A stretch of DNA of 57,505 bases from Bacteroidales bacterium (GTDB taxonomy: Bacteria; Bacteroidota; Bacteroidia; Bacteroidales; UBA3663): the NCBI GenBank assembly GCA_004557315.1, contig SFEH01000006.1, positions 1 to 57,505 of the forward strand, given 5' to 3'. The position numbers were made by a program, and so were the translations under genes. Of the stretch, positions 34,452 through 43,748 are shown in pieces. Each line of letters opens with the position of its first letter. Positions within the stretch are counted from its first letter, which is position 1. The notes under the pieces are model-generated. The model saw only the letters and a program-made list of their open reading frames with translations. It was not told the origin of the DNA and searched no databases.

Positions 34452-36563
34452 ATGAAACAATTCTATCTTCTTGTATGCTCGTTGACAATGCTTTTGCTTT
34501 GCGCCTGTTCAGATGGTGGCAGCAACGACCTTGGCAATGAGAAGGATCTGATTACAGTGAGCCCTACATCGGTGAACATCGACAAGGACGGCGGAACCTT
34601 CGCTCTTACGGTCAAGGCAACACGCGTGCCAAGTGTAAGCAGTTCGGCAACATGGATCACCCTCGAAAGCCGAGCTTCGAACGACAACAGCTACACTCTG
34701 ACCATGAAGGCAGAAGCCAATACCGAAACCGTAGATCGCGAAGCCACGCTCACCATCTCATGCGGAGAGGCTAATCAGAAGGTTCTGGTCACTCAGTCAG
34801 CAAAGGATATCCTGACGGTCGAGCCAACCAAGGTCAGCATCGACGATCAGGAACAGACATTCAGACTGAAAGTCGTGACCAATGGACAGCCTCAAGTTAA
34901 GATCGATGGCGGATGGATCCAGCAGACTCAGGCGTCAGATGCCGAAACCCGCAACTTCCATGTCAATGCCAATCTCTCTGCTTCACGTACTGGCACCATC
35001 ACCTTCACACTTGGCAACCTTTCGGCAAAGGTTACTGTCGAGCAGGCACAGGCAGTGCTTGGAGGCACTGTCGATGCTTCGGTTCGCTATCAGACCATCG
35101 ATGGCTTCGCGGCTTCCGATTGCTGGTCAACTGCCGTGATAGGCCGTCATTGGCTCAACAGCCGCGATGGCATTGCTCAGCTCCTCTTCTCGAAAGAGAT
35201 GAAAGATGGCCAGCCTCTTGGCATCGGACTCTCAATGTGGCGCACCAACCTTGGCGCAGGAAGCTGGGAGCAGGGCCTCGACAGCAATATCGGTGTTGAG
35301 AACGGTCAGGACGGCTACAACTATTATCGCAGGGCAGAGAGCTACCTCAACGATGACCTGACCTACGACTGGAGCCGCTGCCAGGGACAGAGATTCTTCC
35401 TCGACAAGGCAAAGGAATATGGTATTGAGAACATCGTGCTTTTCTCTAATTCTCCAAATGTACAGTTCACTCGCAATGGCAAGGCATACAGCGACAATGG
35501 ACACAAGGCTAACCTGAAGGCCGACTGCTATGATGACTTTGCTCAATATATGGCACGTGTGGCTGCACAATACCGCAACTGGGGCTATCCTGTCAATTAT
35601 ATCTCGCCTGTGAATGAGCCACAATACGACTGGGCAGGACATGACCAGGAAGGCTGCGGCTGGATAAACAGCGAGGTGGCAAAGCTTACCCGCGAACTTG
35701 ACTCCGCTCTCGATGCAGAGGGATTGGCAGATGTGAAGATTGTGCTGGCAGAAGCAGCTTCTTGGAACGAAGCGTTCAAGGTAAATGGCAATGCTGAATA
35801 CAGCGACTGCATCAATAACTTCTTCAGTCCTTCGCACGACAACTATGTCGGCAACCTGACACACGTTGCTCCAATCTTTGGCGGACACAGCTACTGGACC
35901 GATGGCACATGGAACGGAATGCGCGATGTGCGTGCACAGGTGGCAGAGAGCGCCAAGAGCCACAACATCTCGCTCTGGCAGACAGAATGGAGCATGCTTG
36001 GCGATGGCTACAGCGAGTTCCCTGGCTATGAGAACAGCACAGAGATGGACATTGCTCTTGTGATGGACAAGGTGATCCACAACGACCTCACTGTCGGACA
36101 GATGACATCGTGGAGCTTCTGGACATCAATGGATGTATCACGCTGGGGTCAGCTCAACCGTTTCATGCTCATTGACTTCACCCCTGCCAGCGGAACTTAC
36201 AGCATTCATCTCGAAGACGAAGGCTCGTACAAGGCAGATGCCAACCTTTGGGTATTGGGCAATTACAGCCGTTTCATCCGTCCTGGCTATAAGCGTGTCG
36301 ATTTCAATGTTCCTGCCGAAAGCCGAACCTTCTTCGGTTCTGCCTATATCTCGCCAGAACAGGATCGACTTGTCGTAGTGGTCAGCAATCTGTCTGATTC
36401 GGTTGTCAAGTGCCGTCTGTCTCTCAAAGACCTTCAGCCAAAAGCCGTAACTTCCTACACTACTACATTGAAGAAACATCTGCAACCACAGCAGCTTACG
36501 CCTTCGGTCAACGAATACGAACTCGATGCTTTGAGCGTCACAACTCTTGTTTTTGAGTTATAA
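34452..36563 (+). CDS. GH30-family glycoside hydrolase with N-terminal BACON-like domains
   Basis: The lipobox is LLLCAC and two BACON-like modules follow. QTIDGFAASDCW matches the GH30 N-terminal motif. ISPVNEPQ and WQTEWS are candidate acid/base and nucleophile motifs. A C-terminal beta-sandwich is present. Confidence 0.7.
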   Translation: MKQFYLLVCSLTMLLLCACSDGGSNDLGNEKDLITVSPTSVNIDKDGGTFALTVKATRVPSVSSSATWITLESRASNDNSYTLTMKAEANTETVDREATLTISCGEANQKVLVTQSAKDILTVEPTKVSIDDQEQTFRLKVVTNGQPQVKIDGGWIQQTQASDAETRNFHVNANLSASRTGTITFTLGNLSAKVTVEQAQAVLGGTVDASVRYQTIDGFAASDCWSTAVIGRHWLNSRDGIAQLLFSKEMKDGQPLGIGLSMWRTNLGAGSWEQGLDSNIGVENGQDGYNYYRRAESYLNDDLTYDWSRCQGQRFFLDKAKEYGIENIVLFSNSPNVQFTRNGKAYSDNGHKANLKADCYDDFAQYMARVAAQYRNWGYPVNYISPVNEPQYDWAGHDQEGCGWINSEVAKLTRELDSALDAEGLADVKIVLAEAASWNEAFKVNGNAEYSDCINNFFSPSHDNYVGNLTHVAPIFGGHSYWTDGTWNGMRDVRAQVAESAKSHNISLWQTEWSMLGDGYSEFPGYENSTEMDIALVMDKVIHNDLTVGQMTSWSFWTSMDVSRWGQLNRFMLIDFTPASGTYSIHLEDEGSYKADANLWVLGNYSRFIRPGYKRVDFNVPAESRTFFGSAYISPEQDRLVVVVSNLSDSVVKCRLSLKDLQPKAVTSYTTTLKKHLQPQQLTPSVNEYELDALSVTTLVFEL

Positions 36564-36572
36564 TAATGTCAA

Positions 36573-36625
36573 GGAAAAGCAAATGAGAGTGTTTTTTCGT
36601 CTTTCATTTGCTTTTCCCATTTATT
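36573..36625 (+). terminator. hairpin terminator after the GH30 gene
   Basis: A 14-bp perfect stem pairs GGAAAAGCAAATGA (36573-36586) with TCATTTGCTTTTCC (36604-36617). A T-rich tail follows. Confidence 0.5.
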
Positions 36626-36694
36626 TTGACTAACTTTGCCAACACTATCAAACAAGAACAGACATACTAATCAAGAATCAACCAAACAAACAAA

Positions 36695-38656
36695 ATGAAA
36701 CATCTTATTTTAACGACCTTACTGACAGCATGTTTGCTTCCTTCTGCTGCACAAAAGAAGCAGAAAGCAGTGGCTGAAGAGCCGAAAGACCCGAACGAAA
36801 TGGTGGCTTATCTCTTCACATATTTCAACAGCAACAGCCCCGAAGACGAGCAGATATGCTATGCAATCTCCGATGATGGCTACAACTACACTCCACTTAA
36901 CCATGGCGAACCCGTTATTTCTTCCGACACCATTGCCCTGACTCAATGCGTGCGCGACCCTCATATCCTCAGAGGTGAAGACGGCAAGACTTTCTATATG
37001 GTGGTGACCGACATGAAGTCGAACCTTGGCTGGGCTTCCAACCGAGGCATCGTGCTCCTGAAGTCAACCGACCTCATCAACTGGCAGCACAGCACCGTCA
37101 ACTTCCCGACCAAATACACCAAGGCGTGGAAGGACGTGACTCGCGTGTGGGCTCCTGAAACCATCTACGACCATCAGGCAGGCAAATACATGGTGTTCTA
37201 TTCGCTGCTGAAGCGCGATGGCGGATTCGACAAGATCTATTACCAGTATGCCAACGACGACTTCACCGACCTTGAAGGAGAACCTAAGTGGCTATTTGAC
37301 TCGGGCAATGCCACTATCGATGGCGACATCGTCTATAATGAGGCCGACAAGCTCTATCATCTGTTCTACAAGACCGAAGCCGGACGCGGCATCTTCCAGG
37401 CAACAGCCAAGAACCTCACCGACAAGTGGCAGATGCTTCCTGAACACGTCGATCAGACCAATCGCCCTGTGGAAGGCGTAGGCGTGTGCAAGGCAATTGA
37501 CGGACAGTCGTGGATCATCATGTACGACTGCTATAGCGATGGCCATTACCAGTTCTGCAAGTCAACCGACCTCAAGACTTTCGAGTTCGTGCAGAACACT
37601 GAGACAAAGGGCAAGTTCACTCCTCGTCATGGCACCATCATCCCTATCACTCGCGCTGAAAAAGAGCGACTTCTCAAGGAATATGGCAACCACAAGCAGC
37701 CGATTCTCCCAGGATTCCATGCCGACCCTGAAGTGATGTATTCGCACCTCACAAAGAAATACTATATCTACAGCACCACCGATGGCACACCTGGCTGGGG
37801 CGGACATGACTTCAGTGTTTTCTCGAGCGACAACCTCATCGACTGGACCGACGAAGGCAAGATGCTTGATGTCAAGAGCGATCAGGTGAAATGGGCAACT
37901 GGCAATGCCTGGGCTCCTGCCATCGAGGAAGTAAAACAGAAAGATGGCTCATACAAGTATTATTTCTACTTCTCTGCCCACAACCCTGTGAGCAACAGCA
38001 AGGAAATCAGTGTGGCTGTAGCCGACCATCCTGTAGGTCCGTTCACTGCTCTCGACCAGCCTATCATCTCGATGAAGGATGCTCCTGAAGGCGTGCGTAG
38101 CGGTCAAGCCATCGACGTTGATGTATTCACCGATCCTAAATCTGGCAAACATTATATCTATTGGGGCAATGGCTTCATGGCAGGTGCAGAACTCAACGAC
38201 GACATGGTGTCGCTGAAGAAGGAGACGATAGTCAATCTCACTCCTCAAGGCGGAACACTCGAGACTTGGAATTTCCGCGAGGCTCCATACGTCTTCTACC
38301 GCAAGGGTCAGTATTATTTCCTCTGGTCGGTCGATGACACGGGTTCGCCTAACTACCATGTATGCTATGCTACTTCTAAGTCACCTCTCGGTCCGCTCAA
38401 TCTCGACGAGTCGAACTATATGGTGATCCGTCAGCGTCCTGAAGACAAGATCTATGGCACTGCCCACAACTCTGTACTCCAGATTCCTGGCAAGGATGAG
38501 TGGTATATTGTCTATCACCGCATCAACAAGAACTACATTGATCCTCACTTCGCTCCTGGCATCCACCGCGAGGTTTGCATCGACCGATTGACATTCGACA
38601 AGAAAGGCAAGATTGTAGAAGTCACCCCTACCCTCAATGGTCCTTTCTGCAAATAA
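36695..38656 (+). CDS. tandem GH43-family glycoside hydrolase (two five-bladed propeller modules)
   Basis: It is 653 aa. Module 1 contains VRDPHILRGEDGKTFYMVVTD. Module 2 contains ILPGFHADPEV...WAPAIEE...YYFYFSA, typical of GH43. Confidence 0.8.
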   Translation: MKHLILTTLLTACLLPSAAQKKQKAVAEEPKDPNEMVAYLFTYFNSNSPEDEQICYAISDDGYNYTPLNHGEPVISSDTIALTQCVRDPHILRGEDGKTFYMVVTDMKSNLGWASNRGIVLLKSTDLINWQHSTVNFPTKYTKAWKDVTRVWAPETIYDHQAGKYMVFYSLLKRDGGFDKIYYQYANDDFTDLEGEPKWLFDSGNATIDGDIVYNEADKLYHLFYKTEAGRGIFQATAKNLTDKWQMLPEHVDQTNRPVEGVGVCKAIDGQSWIIMYDCYSDGHYQFCKSTDLKTFEFVQNTETKGKFTPRHGTIIPITRAEKERLLKEYGNHKQPILPGFHADPEVMYSHLTKKYYIYSTTDGTPGWGGHDFSVFSSDNLIDWTDEGKMLDVKSDQVKWATGNAWAPAIEEVKQKDGSYKYYFYFSAHNPVSNSKEISVAVADHPVGPFTALDQPIISMKDAPEGVRSGQAIDVDVFTDPKSGKHYIYWGNGFMAGAELNDDMVSLKKETIVNLTPQGGTLETWNFREAPYVFYRKGQYYFLWSVDDTGSPNYHVCYATSKSPLGPLNLDESNYMVIRQRPEDKIYGTAHNSVLQIPGKDEWYIVYHRINKNYIDPHFAPGIHREVCIDRLTFDKKGKIVEVTPTLNGPFCK

Positions 38657-40380
38657 TGATGAAACAGACTAAACATATATTTCTAAAACTGATAGCGCTG
38701 TGCTCGGTGCTATCAGTCGCTTTTTCGGCAAAAGCCGATTCGGACAATGATGTCGTTCCACCGCTCGACTTCGACCTTTGTCTGGCAGGCAACTACGGAG
38801 AACTGCGTCCTAACCACTTCCATGCAGGGCTCGACTTCAAGACCCAGCAGTCGATTGGCCATCCTGTCCATGCATTTGCTGATGGTTACGTTGAGCGCGT
38901 GGGAGTCAATGCCTACGGATATGGGCTTGTGCTCTATGTAACACATCCTCATCTTGAGCGCATGACTGTCTATGCCCATCTCGACACCTTCAACGACGAG
39001 ATATGGAAGAAGGTGCGCCAGCGACAGGTGGCAGAAGAACTCAACAACCCTGACCTGACTTTCTCGCCCGATGAACTGCCAGTCAAGAAAGGCGACATCA
39101 TAGCAATGAGCGGAAATACAGGCAGTTCGGGCGGTCCTCACGTTCATTTCGAGGTCAGAGGACTGATGAGCGCACCTGGAGCCGACGACGAGGAATGGTA
39201 TGACCCGATGGCTTATTTCATCGACAAGATCAAGGACACTACGGCACCAAAAATCTCCAATCTCTATATCTATCATGAGCCGAACACGGCTTTCACCCGT
39301 CATGCTCAAGTCCTCAACCGCAAGGCAAATGCCTGGGGCAAGGTGGGCTTTGGCATCAAGGCCTACGACTACATGGACGGACAGGCAAATAAGTTTGGTG
39401 TGAAGAAGGTGAAACTCTACTGCGATGACAAGCTGATCTACGACTGGAATCAGGACTATTTTCAATATCACGAACAGAGATTCACCAACAGTGTCATAGA
39501 CTATCGAGAGTTTTCGACCTTGCGCTCGACCATTATGAAGACCTTCACCGAGCCATGCAACAAGCTCAGAATGATTGCCAATGAGCCAGGCGACGGCATA
39601 GTAGAGATTGACGAAGAGCGACCTTATCATTTCCGCTACGAGCTGGAAGATGCCCACGGCAACAGCTCGACACTCAACTTCGTGGTCAATGGTGTAAGAC
39701 GAGAGCCTATTGTCCATAAGCTCAAAGGACGCTTGGCAAAGGCTGGTGAAGTGTTCAGAATCGACACTCTCGGGGTTCATTTCCATAGTCCTGCGGGCAA
39801 CCTCTACACCGATGCCGACATCGCCTTTGATGTAACAGGACAATCGGCTGACGAGCCTGGACATACGTCACGATTTATCTCGCCTATATATCGCATAGGT
39901 TCGCGCGACATACCGCTGCACAGCTTCTGTGACCTTGAAATCAGCCTTCCCGACAGCATCACTTCTGGGTCTCAGCTATATATTGCCAACCTCGACGGAG
40001 GCGTATATCGAGGCAATTTCACACCCAAGCAGGCGATACCATTCTCGAAAAGGACACTGCCAGCAACCCTCACCACTAAAGTGCGCGACTTTGGAAGGTT
40101 TACGGTGAGACGCGACACCGAGAAGCCGACAGCCACCATTGTCGGACGCCCTACAATAGGCAGAATCAGCCTGAGGCTGAGCGACATTGGCAGTGGCGTG
40201 GCATCGTGGAAAGTGCGCATCGACGGACAGTTTGTGCCGTTCGACCGCAACAACCGAGGTGTGGCTATTGGGCATCCCAATCTCTTCGGCATAAAGCCGG
40301 GCATCAATCATAAGATTGAAATTCAGGTCACCGACCTTGCAGGCAACGAGACAATAATGAATATCGAAAAGCGGTTTTAA
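38656..40380 (+). CDS. M23-family metallopeptidase
   Basis: The start MMKQTKHIF overlaps the GH43 stop (TAATG). It has a signal peptide. The motifs are HFHAGLDF and GNTGSSGGPHVHFEV. Confidence 0.9.
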   Translation: MMKQTKHIFLKLIALCSVLSVAFSAKADSDNDVVPPLDFDLCLAGNYGELRPNHFHAGLDFKTQQSIGHPVHAFADGYVERVGVNAYGYGLVLYVTHPHLERMTVYAHLDTFNDEIWKKVRQRQVAEELNNPDLTFSPDELPVKKGDIIAMSGNTGSSGGPHVHFEVRGLMSAPGADDEEWYDPMAYFIDKIKDTTAPKISNLYIYHEPNTAFTRHAQVLNRKANAWGKVGFGIKAYDYMDGQANKFGVKKVKLYCDDKLIYDWNQDYFQYHEQRFTNSVIDYREFSTLRSTIMKTFTEPCNKLRMIANEPGDGIVEIDEERPYHFRYELEDAHGNSSTLNFVVNGVRREPIVHKLKGRLAKAGEVFRIDTLGVHFHSPAGNLYTDADIAFDVTGQSADEPGHTSRFISPIYRIGSRDIPLHSFCDLEISLPDSITSGSQLYIANLDGGVYRGNFTPKQAIPFSKRTLPATLTTKVRDFGRFTVRRDTEKPTATIVGRPTIGRISLRLSDIGSGVASWKVRIDGQFVPFDRNNRGVAIGHPNLFGIKPGINHKIEIQVTDLAGNETIMNIEKRF

Positions 40381-40397
40381 CTCCGAATTATTTGGTC

Positions 40398-40439
40398 ATA
40401 TCGTGCAAAAAGTCTATCTTTGCACGATATTTTATTTTT
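40398..40439 (+). terminator. intrinsic terminator after the M23 gene
   Basis: A 12-bp perfect stem pairs ATATCGTGCAAA (40398-40409) with TTTGCACGATAT (40419-40430). TTTATTTTT follows. Confidence 0.65.
40415..40422 (+). promoter_or_regulatory. TAnnTTTG box (TATCTTTG) embedded in the terminator hairpin
   Basis: It lies 25 nt upstream of the C69 ATG at 40447. Confidence 0.4.
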
Positions 40440-40446
40440 ACATGAT

Positions 40447-42126
40447 ATGAAGGAACTTCTCTCGGCTGCTTTAGCAGCAACTCTCATCAGCTTCAGTTCT
40501 GCCGATGCTTTAGCTTGCACCAACATGCTCGTGGGCAAGAAAGCTTCGGTCAATGGCTCAACGATGATCAGCTACAATGCCGACAGTCACACACTGTATG
40601 GCGAGTTATATTACACTCCTGCTGCCGACCATGCACCAGGCGCAATGCGCAAGGTGATTGAGTGGGACACCAACAAGCCACTTGGCGAAATTCCACAGCC
40701 TGCCCATACCTACCGCGTGGTGGGCAATGTCAACGAGTGGCAGGTCACTATTGCCGAATCGACATGGGGAGGCCGTCATCGCCTTTCAGACAAGAATGGT
40801 ATCATCGACTATGGTTCGCTCATCTATATCGCCCTCGAACGAAGCAAGACTGCGCGTGAGGCAATCGACGTGATGACAAGCCTAGTCAGCGAATATGGCT
40901 ACTACAGCAGTGGTGAGACTTTCTCTATCGGTGACCCTAACGAAATATGGGTTATGGATCTTGTGGGCAAGGGAACAGGCAACACTGGAGCCGTGTGGGT
41001 GGCACAGCGCATACCTGACGATTGCATCAGCGCACACGCCAACCAGGCTCGCATCCACAAGTTTCCACAGGCAAAGAAGAAGCTCAACAAGAAGATGAAC
41101 CGCTATGAGGTGGGCGACTCGTGCATGTTCAGTGCCGACCTCATCCCATTCGGACGTACTCTCGGCTATGAGGGTTCGGACGCTGACTTCGACTTTGCTG
41201 CCACTTTCGGCGATCTCGACTACAGTGCTTTCCGTGGCTGCGACGGACGTGTGTGGGCATTCTTCAACCGCTATGCAAGCGGCATGGAGCGTTATTTCGA
41301 CTTTGTTGATATGGTCGAAGGCGCAGAGGTGCTTCCTCTCTATGTCAAGCCTGACCGCCTGCTCTCACACCGCGACATTCAGGACGCTTTGGGCGACCAC
41401 TTCGAGGGCACACCTTGGGATATGACCAAAGACGTGGGCGGTGGTCCTTTCCACTCTCCTTACCGCTGGCGTCCTATGCACTTCGAGGTCGATGGCGTGA
41501 CATATACCCACGAACGTGCCATCGGCACACAGCAGACAGGCTTCTCGTTTGTAGCTGAAATGCGCGGCTGGCTGCCTCGCGAGGTTGGAGCCAAGACTTG
41601 GTTTGCTGCCGATGATGCTGCTACTGCCATCTTCATGCCTATATACAACAACATCCTTGAGGCTCCGCTCTGCCTCCGCGTCGGCAATGGTGACATGCTC
41701 ACCTTCTCATGGACAAGCGCTTTCTGGATGACCAACTGGGTGGCTAACCAATGCTATTCACGATATGAAGACATGAAGGTCGATGTGGATCGCGTTCGCA
41801 ACAAGATCATGGATCGCTGGGATGCCGAGACAGACAGTATCGATGCTCAGGCAGTAGCTTTGCTCAAGAACTCGACAAGCGACGTGACAGCCTTCCTCAA
41901 CGAATATACTGCACGCGAATCGAACGGTGCTACCGAGGCTTACAAGGACCTCGGCATCTATCTCCTCGTCAAATATCTTGACGGTAATATCAAGCAGGAG
42001 AAGGATGGCGAGTTTGCACGCACTCCTTATGGCATGGCTGATCGTCCTCAGCAACCTAAATACAGCGAGGAGTTCTATCGTGCTATCGTAAATCAGATTG
42101 GCGACAAGATTAAGGTTAAGAAATAA
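40447..42126 (+). CDS. C69-family dipeptidase
   Basis: The signal peptide ends ..ADALA followed by CTNMLVGKKAS, an N-terminal nucleophile Cys. The size is typical of the family. Confidence 0.85.
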   Translation: MKELLSAALAATLISFSSADALACTNMLVGKKASVNGSTMISYNADSHTLYGELYYTPAADHAPGAMRKVIEWDTNKPLGEIPQPAHTYRVVGNVNEWQVTIAESTWGGRHRLSDKNGIIDYGSLIYIALERSKTAREAIDVMTSLVSEYGYYSSGETFSIGDPNEIWVMDLVGKGTGNTGAVWVAQRIPDDCISAHANQARIHKFPQAKKKLNKKMNRYEVGDSCMFSADLIPFGRTLGYEGSDADFDFAATFGDLDYSAFRGCDGRVWAFFNRYASGMERYFDFVDMVEGAEVLPLYVKPDRLLSHRDIQDALGDHFEGTPWDMTKDVGGGPFHSPYRWRPMHFEVDGVTYTHERAIGTQQTGFSFVAEMRGWLPREVGAKTWFAADDAATAIFMPIYNNILEAPLCLRVGNGDMLTFSWTSAFWMTNWVANQCYSRYEDMKVDVDRVRNKIMDRWDAETDSIDAQAVALLKNSTSDVTAFLNEYTARESNGATEAYKDLGIYLLVKYLDGNIKQEKDGEFARTPYGMADRPQQPKYSEEFYRAIVNQIGDKIKVKK

Positions 42127-43587
42127 ATGGGAAGAAAGAAAGACAAGAATAAGGTTATCGCTAACCTCACTATCGAGAAATATGCGGCTGAGGGCAAGTG
42201 CGTGACGCATTTCGACTCGCTCGGACCAAACAACACAGTAACCAAGAAGGTGCTGTTCGTGCCGTTTGCGGCTGTGGGCGACGTTGCCGACATCAAGATA
42301 CTGCGTTCGCGTACATCGTTTGCCGAGGGAACCATTGAGCGACTCATTACTCCTTCGCCAGTGCGCGTTAGTCCGAAGTGCGAGCAGTTTGGCGTGTGCG
42401 GAGGCTGCAAGTGGCAGCACATCCCCTACGAGGAGCAGCTCAAGTTCAAGCAGCAGCAGGTGATGGATGCTCTGACTCGCATAGGTAAGGTCGAACTGCC
42501 AGAGTGCACTCCTATCGACGGTTCGCGCAATATCTGGAACTACCGCAACAAGCTCGAGTTCACCTTCTCCAACAAGCGCTGGCTCACCTTCGACGAAGTG
42601 AAGTCGGGTGTGGAATATGAGGACATGAATGCACTTGGCTTCCACATACCTAACTGCTTTGACAAAGTGCTCGACATACGCAAGTGCTGGCTGCAGGACG
42701 AGATTTCCAACCGCCTGCGTCTCGATATCCGTCAGTTTGCCATCGACACTGGCGTGTCGTTCTACGACCTCCGCAATCAGGTAGGCGTGCTCCGCAATAT
42801 GGTGGTCCGCACAGCTTCGACTGGCGAACTGATGCTCATCGTCATCTTTGGCGAAGACAATGCCGAGCAGATTGCTCTCGTCATGAATCACATGCGCGAA
42901 GCTTTCCCCGAAATCACTTCGCTCATGTATGTGATTAACACCAAGTGCAATGACGCTTGGGGCGACCTTGAGGCGAAGTGCTGGAGCGGAAAGGATCATA
43001 TCATCGAGGAGATGGAGGGACTGAAGTTCAAGGTTGGACCAAAGTCATTCTATCAGACCAACTCACAGCAAGCCTACGAGCTATATAAGCACACACGCGC
43101 TTTTGCAGGGCTCGCTCCTGATGGGGCTTCGACCGACGAGAAGCCGCTTGTATATGACCTCTACACAGGCACAGGCACCATTGCCAATTTTGTGTCACGT
43201 CAGGCTCGGAAGGTTGTGGGCATCGAATATGTGCCAGAGGCTATTGAGGATGCAAAGGTCAATTCGGCAATCAACGGCATCGACAACACGCTCTTCTATG
43301 CCGGTGATATGAAGGACATCCTCACCATCGACTTCATCAACGAGCATGGCCGTCCTGATGTCATCATCACCGACCCTCCTCGTGCTGGTATGCACGAAGA
43401 CGTGATCAACGCCATCCTGTTTGCCGAACCAAAGGTCATTGTCTATGTGAGCTGCAACCCTGCAACCCAGGCTCGTGACCTTCAGTTGCTCGACGCTAAA
43501 TATCGTGTCACCAACATCCAGCCTGTCGATATGTTCCCTCATACCCAACACGTTGAGAATGTGGTGAGACTGGAAATTAGGAAATAA
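42127..43587 (+). CDS. rlmD: 23S rRNA (uracil-5-)-methyltransferase RlmD/RumA family
   Basis: It has a TRAM domain, an Fe-S Cys cluster (CEQFGVCGGCKWQH) and a SAM methyltransferase fold (DLYTGTGTI...DPPRAG). The ATG directly abuts the C69 stop. Confidence 0.9.
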   Translation: MGRKKDKNKVIANLTIEKYAAEGKCVTHFDSLGPNNTVTKKVLFVPFAAVGDVADIKILRSRTSFAEGTIERLITPSPVRVSPKCEQFGVCGGCKWQHIPYEEQLKFKQQQVMDALTRIGKVELPECTPIDGSRNIWNYRNKLEFTFSNKRWLTFDEVKSGVEYEDMNALGFHIPNCFDKVLDIRKCWLQDEISNRLRLDIRQFAIDTGVSFYDLRNQVGVLRNMVVRTASTGELMLIVIFGEDNAEQIALVMNHMREAFPEITSLMYVINTKCNDAWGDLEAKCWSGKDHIIEEMEGLKFKVGPKSFYQTNSQQAYELYKHTRAFAGLAPDGASTDEKPLVYDLYTGTGTIANFVSRQARKVVGIEYVPEAIEDAKVNSAINGIDNTLFYAGDMKDILTIDFINEHGRPDVIITDPPRAGMHEDVINAILFAEPKVIVYVSCNPATQARDLQLLDAKYRVTNIQPVDMFPHTQHVENVVRLEIRK

Positions 43588-43601
43588 TTGTCTTTTTTAG
43601 A

Positions 43602-43736
43602 GGAAGATAAAGGAGATAAAGAAGTTAAAGAAGATAAAGACAAATGTGTTAGTCTATAGCATCATTATCTTTAGCTTCAGTAATAGAACAAACAATGCAA
43701 CTATTGTCTTTATCTTCTTTATCTCCATTATCTTCC
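43602..43736. repeat. inverted repeat with purine-rich ~9-nt periodic arms
   Basis: Arm 1 is GGAAGATAAAGGAGATAAAGAAGTTAAAGAAGATAAAGACA (43602-43642). The reverse complement of arm 2 (43705-43736) is GGAAGATAATGGAGATAAAGAAGATAAAGACA. The two match apart from one 9-nt unit and one mismatch. Confidence 0.9.
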
Positions 43737-43748
43737 CAACATCAAATC

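Noticed and set aside
35232-36080. Long antisense ORFs inside well-supported genes. They are 35232-36080, 38713-39864, 41758-42999, 46456-47280, 49810-50748, 51835-52857 and 54748-55944.
   Set aside because: Each lies opposite a gene with strong family motifs (GH30, M23, C69/rlmD, Dcu, trxB, ftsK, dxs). All are low-complexity shadow frames.
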